A stretch of DNA of 64,000 nt. Source: Geminicoccaceae bacterium. Lineage in GTDB: Bacteria; Pseudomonadota; Alphaproteobacteria; Geminicoccales; Geminicoccaceae. Positions within the stretch are counted from its first letter, which is position 1. The number at the start of each line of letters is the position of its first letter. Both the position numbers and the translations under genes were made by a program. Location: the NCBI GenBank assembly GCA_044224255.1, contig JBGAKU010000002.1, positions 13,557-77,556 on the forward strand. The letters are read 5' to 3'. This document shows, one piece after another, positions 1-9,509 of this stretch. The notes under the pieces were generated by a model, which was not told the origin of the DNA, did not search any database, and worked only from the letters and a program-made list of their open reading frames with translations.

Positions 1-1
1 C

Positions 2-709
2 GAGGGTGTGATGCAGATCGCCGATCAGCCGGTCCGCTCGATCATGACCCCGCGGACCGAGGTGGTCTGGCTCGACCTGGATGCCGACCGTGAGCGGATC
101 CGTGCCGCGGTGGTGGCGGGCGGCCACAGCCGCTATCCCGTCTGTCGCGGGCGGCTCGACGACGTGGCCGGTGTCGTGCATGTGCGGCAGCTCGCGGAGC
201 GCCTGCTCGCAGGCGCCGCGCTCGATCTCGCGACGCTGGCCGAGCCGCCCGCGATGGTCCCGGAGGGCACGTCGGTCGTGCGGCTGATCGAGACGTTCCG
301 TCGGTCGCCCACGCCGCTGGCCGTCGTGCTCGACGAGTACGGAGCGGTCGAAGGCATCGTGTCGCCCGCCGACATCCTGGCCGCGATCGCGGGCGAGCTG
401 GCGGCAGAGGACTCGGAGGACGCCAGCGAGGCCGTGGAGCGGGCCGACGGCTCGTGGCTGGTGGACGGCCGGATCGAGATCCACCGGCTCGAGCGCCTGC
501 TCGCACGCCGTGACCTGTCACGGCCCGGCCGCTATCAGACGCTGGCGGGGCTCGTGCTGTGGGAGCTCGGCCGCATGCCCCGGGTGGGTGACTCCTTCCC
601 GCGCGGCGATCTCCGCTTCGAGGTGGTCGACCTCGACCACCGGCGCGTCGACAAGGTGTTGATCGAGCGGCAGGGCGGCGCGGCCGGGAGCGAAGACGTC
701 ACGAATTGA
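2..709 (+). CDS. Hemolysin/CNNM-family protein, CBS pair plus CorC/HlyC C-terminal domain (5' truncated by window)
   Basis: MTPRTEVVWLD, HSRYPV, VLDEYGAVEGIVSPADILAAIAGE (CBS) and DGSWLVDG...YQTLAG...FEVVDLDHRRVDKVLI (CorC). Frame is open to the window edge. Confidence 0.9.
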   Translation, partial: EGVMQIADQPVRSIMTPRTEVVWLDLDADRERIRAAVVAGGHSRYPVCRGRLDDVAGVVHVRQLAERLLAGAALDLATLAEPPAMVPEGTSVVRLIETFRRSPTPLAVVLDEYGAVEGIVSPADILAAIAGELAAEDSEDASEAVERADGSWLVDGRIEIHRLERLLARRDLSRPGRYQTLAGLVLWELGRMPRVGDSFPRGDLRFEVVDLDHRRVDKVLIERQGGAAGSEDVTN

Positions 710-760
710 CCACGCCGCCCCGAAGGTGTGATCTGCCACCCCGGCTCGGGGAGAGCGAGC

Positions 761-1282
761 ATGTCGTTTCTGGCGCCGCAGCGGAACGAGGCCTTGGTCG
801 TACGACGCGCGCGTCAGGCCGACGCTGCCGCGATCGCGCAGGTGCATGTGCGCAGCTGGCGGGAAGCCTATCGGGGCCTCGTACCGGACGAGTATCTCGC
901 CCAGCTCAGCGTCGCCGGCCACGAGCGCCACTGGCGTCAGACCTTCGCCACGGGCGGTTGGGCATTCGTGGCCGAATGGGAGCGGCGCATCGTCGGCTTC
1001 GCCAGCGGCGGGCTCTCGCGGGCGCGGCGCGACGTCAGCGGCGAACTCTATCTGCTCTATGTCCTGCGTGCCAGCCACGGCCGCGGCGTCGGGCGGGCCC
1101 TGTTCGACGCCTGCCACTACGAGCTCGCCCGTTGCGGGCACCGCGGCCTGCTGGTCTGGGTCCTGGCCGACAACCCCGCGCGCGGTTTCTACGAGCGCCT
1201 GGGTGGCGAGCTGTCCGGTGAGAGCACAGTGACGCTCGCCGGCGCCAGGTTGCGAGAGGTCGCCTATCTCTGGCGTGATTGA
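761..1282 (+). CDS. GNAT family N-acetyltransferase
   Basis: DAAAIAQVHVRSWREAYRGLVP N-terminus, motif A HGRGVGRAL, WVLADNPARGFYERLGG. Confidence 0.9.
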   Translation: MSFLAPQRNEALVVRRARQADAAAIAQVHVRSWREAYRGLVPDEYLAQLSVAGHERHWRQTFATGGWAFVAEWERRIVGFASGGLSRARRDVSGELYLLYVLRASHGRGVGRALFDACHYELARCGHRGLLVWVLADNPARGFYERLGGELSGESTVTLAGARLREVAYLWRD

Positions 1283-1304
1283 GGGCAGGCGCGCATGCGG
1301 CTGG

Positions 1305-1332
1305 CAGGCGCTTCCGCTCCAGGAAGCGCCTG
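1305..1332. terminator. Hairpin between convergent GNAT and wzc-like genes
   Basis: Perfect 11-bp inverted repeat CAGGCGCTTCC-gctcca-GGAAGCGCCTG; no U-tract. Confidence 0.5.
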
Positions 1333-1337
1333 GGGGC

Positions 1338-3611
1338 TCAGTTCACGTAGTAGCGGCGGCTGCGGGTGTAGTATTGGCCGATGTCGCCGTAGCGGTATTG
1401 CGCGTGCTTGCGCAGGTCGATCTGGGACAGGACCACGCCGGCCGGCTCGATGCCGGCCTCGCGTAGGGCGCGCACGCTGTCGCGCGCCGCGCTCTCGATG
1501 GTCTTGCCCCAGCGGACCACGAACACCACCCGGTCGGCGAGCCCCGCCGCGACCTTGGTATCATTGACGCTCGCCACCGGCGCCGAATCGAGCACGATCA
1601 GGTCGTAATTGTCGCGACAGACCTGCAGCAGCTGCCGCATCCGGTCGCTCTCGAGCAGGTCGATCGGCGTGGTCGTGTGGGCCTTCACCGGCAAGAAGTG
1701 CAGCCCGGTCTCGAGATCGTTGTGCACGACCTCCTGCAGCGTGCGCTCACCGGCCATGTACTCGACGAGGCCCGCGGACACCTGCCAGCCGAGCTCGCGA
1801 TGCACGCTCGGGTGCCTCAGGTCGAGATCGATCAGCAGCACCCGCTTCTGTGAGCGGGCCACGAGCGAGGCGAGGCTCACGGCAAAGGTCGTCTTGCCTT
1901 CCTCGGGCAGCGAGGAGGTCACCAGCACGACCTTGGGCGGCGTCTGCGGATTGGCGAGCTTCAGCGCGGTGAACACGCCGCGGACGGCCTCCGCATAGGA
2001 GGAGAGCGGCTTCTCGCGCAGATACTGGTGCGGCCGCTGGTTGCGCCGCAGGCGATCGACGCGCGGAACCAAGCCGAGCGTGGTCAGGCCGAGGGCGGCC
2101 TCGACCTCGCGCGAGCTGCGCAGACCACGATCCAGACGCTCCAGGAGGATCGCGAGCACCGAGCCCAGCAGCAGTGAGACCGTGAAGCCGGCAGCGGCGA
2201 AGATCTTGGGGCCGGGCGAGCTCGGCGCGGCAGGCGGCGCCGCCACCGCGATCACGCGCGCGTCGGCCTGCACGATGCCCTGCTGGTCGCGCGTCTCGTT
2301 GAAGCGCTGCAACAGCTGCTCGTAGAGGGTGCGGTTGGCGAGAGCCACCCGCTCCAGCTCGGCCAGCTGCACCTCGGCGGCACGGTCCTGGCTGTTCTGG
2401 CTCTTCATCCCCGCCAGTGCCGATTCGACCGACGCCACACGGGTCGACGCGACGCGCACGTCGTTCTCCAGCGTGTGTGTCACCCGCTCGACCTCGGCCC
2501 GGATCGCCGCGGCCACCTTGGCCTTCTCGTCGTGCAGCTGCACCATGCGCGGATGCCGCTCGCCATACAGCGTGCGCAGCTCCGATTCCTGGCGCTCGAG
2601 CTCGGTGGTCTGCTCACGCAGGCGAACGATGATCGGCGAGTTGGTCACCTCGGTGACCGATTCCAGCGCCGCCTCGGAACCTCGCAGATCCCTGATCAGC
2701 CGCAGCCGCGCCTGCTTGTCGGCAAGATCGCTGCGGGCCGCAACGAGCTGCCCGTTGAGCTCGGCGAGCTCCTGCTCGTTCAGGTTCGACCCGTGGGCCT
2801 CGAGGATGTTGTTGCTGATCTTGAAGTGGGTGACCGCCTCGTCGGACTTCTGGACCTCGGACTTGAGTTCGCCCAAGCGTTGCTCGAGCCAGCCGGTCGC
2901 CTTGTCGGTGGCCGAGAGCTTGCCCTGGAGCTGGTCGTCGACGAAGCGCGCTGCCAGCCGATTGGCGATCACCGCCGCCTTGTCGGGGTCGGGCGAGGTG
3001 AACTGGATCTGGATCAGGTAGGACAGGCCGTCGTTGAGAAAGACGGCGTCGCCGAGGAAGTTGGAGATCGCGCGCTCGCGCGCGATCGCCGGGGCTTCGC
3101 TCTCCAGGACTGGCTGTGGCTGATTGGCGAGCCCGGTGGCGATCAGCCACTCGTCGGGCAGGCGCGAGATCACCTGCTCGAGCGGCTGCAGGAAGCCCGG
3201 CAGCGAGCTCGTATCGGCGGTGCGGGCAAGCGCGGGATTGAACTCCGGATCGTCGAACAGCTTGAGGTCGGTCATCACCGAGGCGACGAAGTCGCGCGAT
3301 CGGAGCAGCCCGAGCTGGGTGGCCATGGTCGGGCCGCTCAGCGGCAGTCCCGAGATGATCTGCTCAGAGGTGGTGACCTGCAGCTGGCGGGGGTCGATCA
3401 TGACCGAGGCCTGCGCGGTGTAGGTCGGCGTCAGCTTCATGCCGACGAACGCCGCAGTGGCCGTCCCGAGCGCGGTGACCAGCATGATGAGCCACTTGCG
3501 CCGCCGCAGCATGCCGACGACGCTGAGCAGATCGACCGTCTGGTCCTCGCCGAGAATCGCCTTCTCGGCGGCCATGTCGACCGGCTCTGGGTAGGGCCTT
3601 GATGTCTGCAT
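1338..3611 (-). CDS. wzc: Polysaccharide chain-length determinant / BY-kinase (Wzc/ExoP/GumC type)
   Basis: Wzz-type N-terminal TM, long coiled coil, second TM after PAAPSSP, Walker A SSLPEEGKTT, LLIDLDLRHP, IVLDSAPV, C-terminal Tyr cluster YRYGDIGQYYTRSRRYY. Confidence 0.92.
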   Translation of the reverse strand: MQTSRPYPEPVDMAAEKAILGEDQTVDLLSVVGMLRRRKWLIMLVTALGTATAAFVGMKLTPTYTAQASVMIDPRQLQVTTSEQIISGLPLSGPTMATQLGLLRSRDFVASVMTDLKLFDDPEFNPALARTADTSSLPGFLQPLEQVISRLPDEWLIATGLANQPQPVLESEAPAIARERAISNFLGDAVFLNDGLSYLIQIQFTSPDPDKAAVIANRLAARFVDDQLQGKLSATDKATGWLEQRLGELKSEVQKSDEAVTHFKISNNILEAHGSNLNEQELAELNGQLVAARSDLADKQARLRLIRDLRGSEAALESVTEVTNSPIIVRLREQTTELERQESELRTLYGERHPRMVQLHDEKAKVAAAIRAEVERVTHTLENDVRVASTRVASVESALAGMKSQNSQDRAAEVQLAELERVALANRTLYEQLLQRFNETRDQQGIVQADARVIAVAAPPAAPSSPGPKIFAAAGFTVSLLLGSVLAILLERLDRGLRSSREVEAALGLTTLGLVPRVDRLRRNQRPHQYLREKPLSSYAEAVRGVFTALKLANPQTPPKVVLVTSSLPEEGKTTFAVSLASLVARSQKRVLLIDLDLRHPSVHRELGWQVSAGLVEYMAGERTLQEVVHNDLETGLHFLPVKAHTTTPIDLLESDRMRQLLQVCRDNYDLIVLDSAPVASVNDTKVAAGLADRVVFVVRWGKTIESAARDSVRALREAGIEPAGVVLSQIDLRKHAQYRYGDIGQYYTRSRRYYVN

Positions 3612-3663
3612 CGGATCCGACCTGCCAGACGTCGCCTGTCCTGTCCGCTCGCGCAGGATGGCC

Positions 3664-3684
3664 GACCTTTACTAACGAAAGGTC
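3664..3684. promoter_or_regulatory. Inverted repeat upstream of wzc-like gene (possible operator)
   Basis: GACCTTT-actaacg-AAAGGTC, about 50 nt upstream of the start; overlaps a TTGACC on the minus strand. Confidence 0.3.
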
Positions 3685-3826
3685 AAGCGCCTACCTCCCG
3701 CGCTCGACCGAACGCTCCCATTCTGCCACGGCGCCCGCAGATCAAGGAAGCTCTGTCGCATTGCAACATACGTGGCGGCGGCGCCCGGACAAGGCTCCTG
3801 TGTCGACGAGCCGCAAAGCGTTGCAG

Positions 3827-5554
3827 CTAGGTCACGAGTGCCGCGGCCGGCGCCGGCTCGGCGAGCATGGCCCGGCCGGTGGCCGCGAGCCGCAGCCGCG
3901 CCCGGACTTGGTCCATCTGCTCCTCGCGCCGCCGACAGTCCCAGCCCATGCAGTCCGCCATGATCCGCGCCGCCGTCTCGAGCGCCGCGTCGCCCGGGTG
4001 CCCGAGCGTGCCCAGCTCCGTCCGCCGGAATACCACATCGGCGAGCGACTGGGCCATCTCCGAACGCGCCGCCTGGACGATCTCCGCACCGAGCACCGTG
4101 CTCTCCGGCAGCCTCCGACCGAGTGCCGGGCGCTCGGCGGCGAGGCGCAACACCGCCTTGGCCTCGCTCCCGTGATTGTGCGCCAGCGACCGGATCGTCG
4201 GCCCGTCCAGCCCGCGCGGCGCATCCGCCGCGAGCTCGCGCACCAAGCCCTCGAAGTCCTCGACCCGGCCGCCATGGACCGGCTCGTGCTCGATGCAAGA
4301 TGGCGGCGTCTTGCGCCCGAGCCGCGTGGCGACGAGGTCGACGGCCTCGACCGCCTCGACGGGGCCGGTCGTGTACCGCACCCCGATCAGGGTCAGCAGC
4401 CCGTCGAGCCCGCGTTCCGCGCGATGGTCGACCAGCCGCGAGCGGTGGGCGAACTTCAGCCCCCGGGCGTCGGGATCGCTTTCGCCGAAGGGCACGAGCC
4501 CGGCGCTGGCGAGGGCCACGTCCGCGAGGGTGAGGCCGATGCCGCGATAGGCGCGGTTGATCTCGTCGATCCACGCGGCGAGCTCGACCTCCTCGATCCC
4601 GTAGCTGTCGGGATGGCCGCGATGGACCTTGTGCCAGACGCCCACGAGCGTCGCGCCCCGCCACGGCACGAGAAAGAGATGACGCGTCCCGCGGCTGAGC
4701 TTCGCGTCGCTGTCGCTGCTCAGCGACGGCAGGGTCAGCGCATGGTCACCGGCGACCAAGGGCCGGCGCACGATGAAATAGGCGTCGCGCGAGAACGGCG
4801 TCGGCGGATCGAGCGCGCGGCCCAGCCCCTGGCTCAGAATGTGCTCGGCGTAGGGGCCTGCCGCGTTCAGGACGATGCGGCCCCGGATCTCGAAACGGTC
4901 GCCCTCGAGCGTGTCGCGCGCGACGATGCCGCGCACGCGCCCGTCACGCTGCAGCAGACCGACGGCCTCGACATAGTTGGCGCAGACCGCACCGGCGGCG
5001 GCGGCGCTCTGGACATAGGCCAGGACGAGGCGCGGCGGATTGTGCATCTGGCCGTCGCAGAAGATGCCCGCTCCGGTCAGGCCCTCGGCTGCCAGGCCGG
5101 GATAGCGCCGCCGCACCTCGTCACGGCCGATGAACTGGGCCCAGGGTATCCGGCGTTGCGGATCGGCGATGCCGCGATTGCGGTCGGCCGTGAGCAGGTC
5201 GTAGGCGGCCATGCCCGCGCGCAGCACGGGCCTGCTTTTCATCCCCCATCCATAGGTGGGGACCACGATCGGCAGCGGTCGGACAAGATGCGGCGCCGCC
5301 CGCAGGAACGCCGCCCGCGCCCGCGCCGACTGGCGGACGCGGACAAGGTCCGCATGCTGCAGATATCGGATGCCGCCATGGACCATCTTGAACGAATGGG
5401 CCGACGTGGCGCCTGCGAAATCCGCCCGCTCGACCAGCGCGGTGGACAGGCCGCGCCGTGCCGCATCCAGGGCCGCCGCGGCGCCGAACATGCCACCGCC
5501 GATCACGACGAGGTCGAACTCGGTCCGCGCGAGCGCCGCGAGGTCACGCTGCAT
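3827..5554 (-). CDS. Glycerol-3-phosphate dehydrogenase/oxidase-like FAD-dependent oxidoreductase (GlpD/GlpA family)
   Basis: DLVVIGGGMFGA FAD motif, DFAGATSAHSFKMVHGGIRYL, VLNAAGPY, C-terminal LADVVFRRTELG. Confidence 0.85.
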   Translation of the reverse strand: MQRDLAALARTEFDLVVIGGGMFGAAAALDAARRGLSTALVERADFAGATSAHSFKMVHGGIRYLQHADLVRVRQSARARAAFLRAAPHLVRPLPIVVPTYGWGMKSRPVLRAGMAAYDLLTADRNRGIADPQRRIPWAQFIGRDEVRRRYPGLAAEGLTGAGIFCDGQMHNPPRLVLAYVQSAAAAGAVCANYVEAVGLLQRDGRVRGIVARDTLEGDRFEIRGRIVLNAAGPYAEHILSQGLGRALDPPTPFSRDAYFIVRRPLVAGDHALTLPSLSSDSDAKLSRGTRHLFLVPWRGATLVGVWHKVHRGHPDSYGIEEVELAAWIDEINRAYRGIGLTLADVALASAGLVPFGESDPDARGLKFAHRSRLVDHRAERGLDGLLTLIGVRYTTGPVEAVEAVDLVATRLGRKTPPSCIEHEPVHGGRVEDFEGLVRELAADAPRGLDGPTIRSLAHNHGSEAKAVLRLAAERPALGRRLPESTVLGAEIVQAARSEMAQSLADVVFRRTELGTLGHPGDAALETAARIMADCMGWDCRRREEQMDQVRARLRLAATGRAMLAEPAPAAALVT

Positions 5555-5564
5555 CGATCGAGCC

Positions 5565-6350
5565 TCAGCGCGGTGCTGTGCACACCGCTGCGAGCTTCTT
5601 GGTGAGGACCTTCACGTCCTTGCCATAGAGGATGAAGCACAGCCGGAAGAACAGCTCGAGCAGCGTGGTCGCGGCGAGACCGGCGTAGTTGAGCGGGTTC
5701 TTCCAGAACACGTAGAGCTTGAGCGGCATCACCTTGATGTCGGTGAAGCCGGCTAGCTGCAGGACCTGACGTAGGCTGTAGTCGGTGAAGGTGTTGAAAT
5801 GGTCGATGTTGTGGGCGAGATTCTCCGATCCGACCAGCGGGTTGGCGCCGTTGAGCCCGTAGACGATCATCAGCCCGCCCGGCTTGAGATTCCGCAGGCA
5901 CAGGCTCAGGAACTCGAGCTGCTCGTCGAGCGTCAGGTGGTTGAGCTCCTGCTCGGGGATCACGACGTCGAAGGGCTCGCGGTTGCGCTCGAGATAGGGA
6001 AAGGCCTCGGCGGTCTCGCAGGGCAGGCCGCGGCGCCGGGCGTGCGCCGTCTTCTCCGGATCCGAATCGATGCCGCGCACATCGGTGTAGCCGGCATCGC
6101 GCAGAAGGCTTACCAGATAGCCGGGTCCGCAGCTGACGACGAGGATCCGCGCCGCCCGGTCCGCCGGCAGATGGGGCAGGTAGTTGGCGCGGTAATAGGC
6201 GGCGAACTTGGCGTAGCCGGCATCGACGTCGGCCGGGGCCTGCCAGTAGGAATCGAACGGCTCGAGCCGCGCGGCCAACCGGCGCGATCCGCCGATCCCC
6301 GGATTGGATCTGTCGCCACGTGTCAAGCTCTCGACCTGGTGCACGCTCAC
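5565..6350 (-). CDS. Class I SAM-dependent methyltransferase
   Basis: ILVVSCGPG (motif I), GIDSD, FDVVI, LKPGG; GTG at 6350 preceded by GAGGAGG. Confidence 0.82.
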   Translation of the reverse strand: MSVHQVESLTRGDRSNPGIGGSRRLAARLEPFDSYWQAPADVDAGYAKFAAYYRANYLPHLPADRAARILVVSCGPGYLVSLLRDAGYTDVRGIDSDPEKTAHARRRGLPCETAEAFPYLERNREPFDVVIPEQELNHLTLDEQLEFLSLCLRNLKPGGLMIVYGLNGANPLVGSENLAHNIDHFNTFTDYSLRQVLQLAGFTDIKVMPLKLYVFWKNPLNYAGLAATTLLELFFRLCFILYGKDVKVLTKKLAAVCTAPR

Positions 6351-6447
6351 CTCGACCTCCTCGCTGTCCTGCAGGGGCGCAGCCTCAAGCCCCGCGGTCA
6401 GCCGACACACGACGACGCCGGCCGGCCCGGGTCACCAGCTGCGGAAC

Positions 6448-7623
6448 TCACGCCGCCGCGCAGGCTGGCGCCGGCTCCGTCCGCCCGAACCGACTGAACA
6501 GGGTCTCGTACTCGTCCGCGGTCGCGGCAACGCTGAACCGTTGTGCGACGGTACGATTGTACTGGCTCATCGTCGCCCGCAGCTCCGGATCGATCACGAG
6601 ACGCTGCAAGGCCGCGACGAGGGCGTCAATGTCGGCATGCGGCACCAGGAATCCCGTACGGCCGTCGGATAAATAGTCCTCCTGGCCGCCCGGGCGCCCG
6701 GCCACGACCGGCAGGCCGCAGTGCATGGCCTCAAGGTAGACCAGGCCGAACGCCTCGTGCAGCGACGGCAGCACGAATACGTCGGCCGCCTGCAGAAGCT
6801 GATATTTCGTCTCTTCCGGCACGAAGCCGCGGAACTGGATGCGCTGCGCCACGCCGAGCTGTTGCGCCTGGGCCTCAAGCGCGGACTGCTCGGGGCCGTC
6901 GCCGATGATCAGCAGCTGGACCTCGTCGCGCCCGAGCCGGGACAACGCGGCAACCAGGGACGAGAGATTCTTGCGGCGGACCAGGCGCCCGACGGTCGCG
7001 AGATAGACGACGCCCGGCTCAAGGCCCAGCTCGGCCCGCGTGGCCGGCGTGAATCTGGGCGCCGGCGCGCCGAGGGAGATGACGTCGATCGGACCCTCGA
7101 AGCCGTAGATCGCGCGGGCGCGGCGGGCGAGATCGGTCGAGACGGCGACATGGCCGTGCGATCCTGCGAGCACGCGGCGCACCGCCATTCTCAGGATCGG
7201 GTTCTTGTCGGGCGTGTACCATTTCGAGGGGTCGTAGATGTCGCCCCCCGCCATCGTGACCACGTGCGGGGCGTGAAAATACCGTGCGAGGTTGATGCCC
7301 GTGGGCCCACTAGGTACCGCGAACCAGCTGTTGACAACGTCGTACGACCGCGCGCTCAGCAGCCGACGCCCATGCCGGATGCCGATCGGCCAGAACGAGA
7401 TCATCGATACGATCGACGCGGTCGAGCGACGGGTGCGCCCGACCACGGGCACCCGGTAGATGCTCACCCCCTCGCTCTGCTCGAAGGCATCGAGATCGGG
7501 CGCCGCCGACGTCAGGACATCCACCTCGTGCCGCTTGGCGAGCTCGACCGCGATGTCGCGGGTGGCGACGCCACCCCCGCCACCGAGCGGCGGATACTCG
7601 TAGTTCACGAAGAGGATGCGCAT
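6448..7623 (-). CDS. Glycosyltransferase family 4
   Basis: MRILFVNYEYPPLGGGGG, VGRLVRRKN, EX7E motif EAFGLVYLEAM, DGRTGFLV. Confidence 0.93.
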   Translation of the reverse strand: MRILFVNYEYPPLGGGGGVATRDIAVELAKRHEVDVLTSAAPDLDAFEQSEGVSIYRVPVVGRTRRSTASIVSMISFWPIGIRHGRRLLSARSYDVVNSWFAVPSGPTGINLARYFHAPHVVTMAGGDIYDPSKWYTPDKNPILRMAVRRVLAGSHGHVAVSTDLARRARAIYGFEGPIDVISLGAPAPRFTPATRAELGLEPGVVYLATVGRLVRRKNLSSLVAALSRLGRDEVQLLIIGDGPEQSALEAQAQQLGVAQRIQFRGFVPEETKYQLLQAADVFVLPSLHEAFGLVYLEAMHCGLPVVAGRPGGQEDYLSDGRTGFLVPHADIDALVAALQRLVIDPELRATMSQYNRTVAQRFSVAATADEYETLFSRFGRTEPAPACAAA

Positions 7624-7833
7624 GCGGCGGAAAGACTCCTACCCGAGGCTTCTCTGGTCCATAGTCCAGCCGGTGGCGAACCGCAACGCAGGGTCGCTCA
7701 CCAGTCACCGCCGCGCCGCGACCGAGATGGCGGTGCATCAGAGCACGCCTAACCAATAGCCACACGTCCGAGGCGGTTGCACCGCCCCGCGATTCGCGCC
7801 ACATGGTGCCGTGCGGTGCGGAAGGATACAACC

Positions 7834-9504
7834 GTGAACAGTGATTTGCAGGCGAAACCGCGGCAATTGGTGGCCGGTGCGGCGCGTTCGCCCCTCATAC
7901 TCGCCGGATTGATCAGCTTTGCGATCAGCATCCTGATGCTCGCCGTACCGATGTTCTCCCTGCAGGTCTACGACCGGGTGCTGGGGAGCGGCAGCCAAGA
8001 CACGCTGATCGCGCTGACGCTGATCACGGGCTGCGCCCTGGCCGCGCTCGGCCTGCTCGAGACCGTGCGTACTTCAGTACTGGCGCGTCTGTCTACCCGC
8101 CTGGGCGCCCGGCTGTCGCCGATGCTGCTCGCGGCGGGGGCCCAGGCCGGCGACCCCGGCCAGGGCCTGCGCGATCTGACGCAGCTGCGCCAGACCCTGT
8201 CGGGGCCGGCGCTGACCGCGATCTTCGACGCGCCCTGGCTGCCGCTGGCACTCGCCCTCGTCTGGCTGCTCCACCCGGATCTCGGCCTGTTCGGTCTGAT
8301 CAGCGCCATCCTGCTGGCCGGGCTGGCGGTGCTCGGCGACGTGGTGGCCCGCCATCGCCTCAAGGAGGCGAACGCGATCTCGCCCCGCGCCCAGCGGCAG
8401 GTCGAATCGCTCGGCAGGCAGCGGGAGGTTGTGACCGCGATGGGGCTCCTGCCTCATCTGCAGAGCCGTTTCGCCAAGCTGCACGACAAGGTGCTCATCC
8501 TGCAGCAGCTCGCCTATGAGCGCGGCGGGGTCGTGTCGGGCTTCGCCCGGTCGGCCCGGCTGATGATCCAGGCGGGCGCCATGGCGCTGGGCGCCTATCT
8601 GGTCCTCCAGGGACAGCTGACCTCGGGCGGCATGATCGCGAGCTCGATCCTGCTCAGCCGCGCCCTGGCACCCATCGAGCAGATGCTCTCGGGCTGGCGG
8701 TCGCTGGTCCAGGCGAGCGAATGCTGGCAGCGGCTGCGGGTCCTGCTCGCGTTCGCACCCGCCGGCAAGGATGCGCTGACCCTTCCGCCGCCGAACGGCG
8801 CGGTCGTTCTCGACCGGGTGGGCTACACGGTCGAGGATCGGGCGATCCTCAAGCCGACGACGCTGTCGGTCGAGCCCGGTGAGTTCATTGGCATGGTCGG
8901 CCCGTCGGGCGCGGGCAAGAGCACGCTATGCCGGCTGTTGATCGGCGTGCTCAAGCCCAGCTCGGGCATCGTACGCCTGGACGGCGTCGACATCGCCACC
9001 CAGAGCCGTTCGGTGCTCGGACCGCATGTCGGCTACCTGCCGCAGCACACCGGTCTGTTCGCCGGCACAGTCGCCGAGAATATCGGCCGCTTGGCCCCCG
9101 AGCCGGACGCCGAGCGTGTGGTTCAGGCTGCCAGGGCCGCGGGCGTGCACGAGCTGATCCTCCAGCTGCCCAAGGGCTACGACACGCCGTTAGGGGACGA
9201 CGGCGCGCCATTGTCGGCCGGTCAGCGCCAGCGGATCGGGCTTGCCCGCACCATCTACGGCGATCCCAAGCTCGTGGTGCTCGACGAGCCGAACGCCCAT
9301 CTCGACGGGGCCGGCGAGAATGCGCTCGCGAGCACGCTCATGGCCCTGAAGGAGCGACAGGCCACGGTAATCTTGGTCACGCACCGCCTGAACGTGCTGC
9401 GCCATGCCGATCGGATCATCGTGGTGGAGAACGGCGAGGTGGTCAGGTTCGGCCCGCGCGACGCGATCCTGGGCGAGCTGGTGCGCCCGGCGCGCGCGGC
9501 CTGA
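7834..9504 (+). CDS. Type I secretion ABC permease/ATPase (PrtD/AprD family)
   Basis: LQVYDRVLGSGSQDTL, FDAPWLP, Walker A GPSGAGKST, LSAGQRQRIGLAR, LDEPNAHLD; no C39 domain; RBS AAGGA before GTG. Confidence 0.93.
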   Translation: MNSDLQAKPRQLVAGAARSPLILAGLISFAISILMLAVPMFSLQVYDRVLGSGSQDTLIALTLITGCALAALGLLETVRTSVLARLSTRLGARLSPMLLAAGAQAGDPGQGLRDLTQLRQTLSGPALTAIFDAPWLPLALALVWLLHPDLGLFGLISAILLAGLAVLGDVVARHRLKEANAISPRAQRQVESLGRQREVVTAMGLLPHLQSRFAKLHDKVLILQQLAYERGGVVSGFARSARLMIQAGAMALGAYLVLQGQLTSGGMIASSILLSRALAPIEQMLSGWRSLVQASECWQRLRVLLAFAPAGKDALTLPPPNGAVVLDRVGYTVEDRAILKPTTLSVEPGEFIGMVGPSGAGKSTLCRLLIGVLKPSSGIVRLDGVDIATQSRSVLGPHVGYLPQHTGLFAGTVAENIGRLAPEPDAERVVQAARAAGVHELILQLPKGYDTPLGDDGAPLSAGQRQRIGLARTIYGDPKLVVLDEPNAHLDGAGENALASTLMALKERQATVILVTHRLNVLRHADRIIVVENGEVVRFGPRDAILGELVRPARAA

Positions 9505-9509
9505 GGAGC

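Noticed and set aside
3599-5605. Long antisense or alternative-frame ORFs (e.g. 3599-5605 +, 9255-10892 -, 17862-19706 -, 26125-28329 -, 30037-31590 +)
   Set aside because: Shadow ORFs typical of high-GC DNA: Arg/Pro/Ala-rich, no motifs, overlapping well-supported genes.
8928-9509. Apparent 638-aa HlyD with long N-terminal extension
   Set aside because: The extension overlaps the ABC gene in another frame; RBS plus ATG at 9510 gives a normal 444-aa protein.
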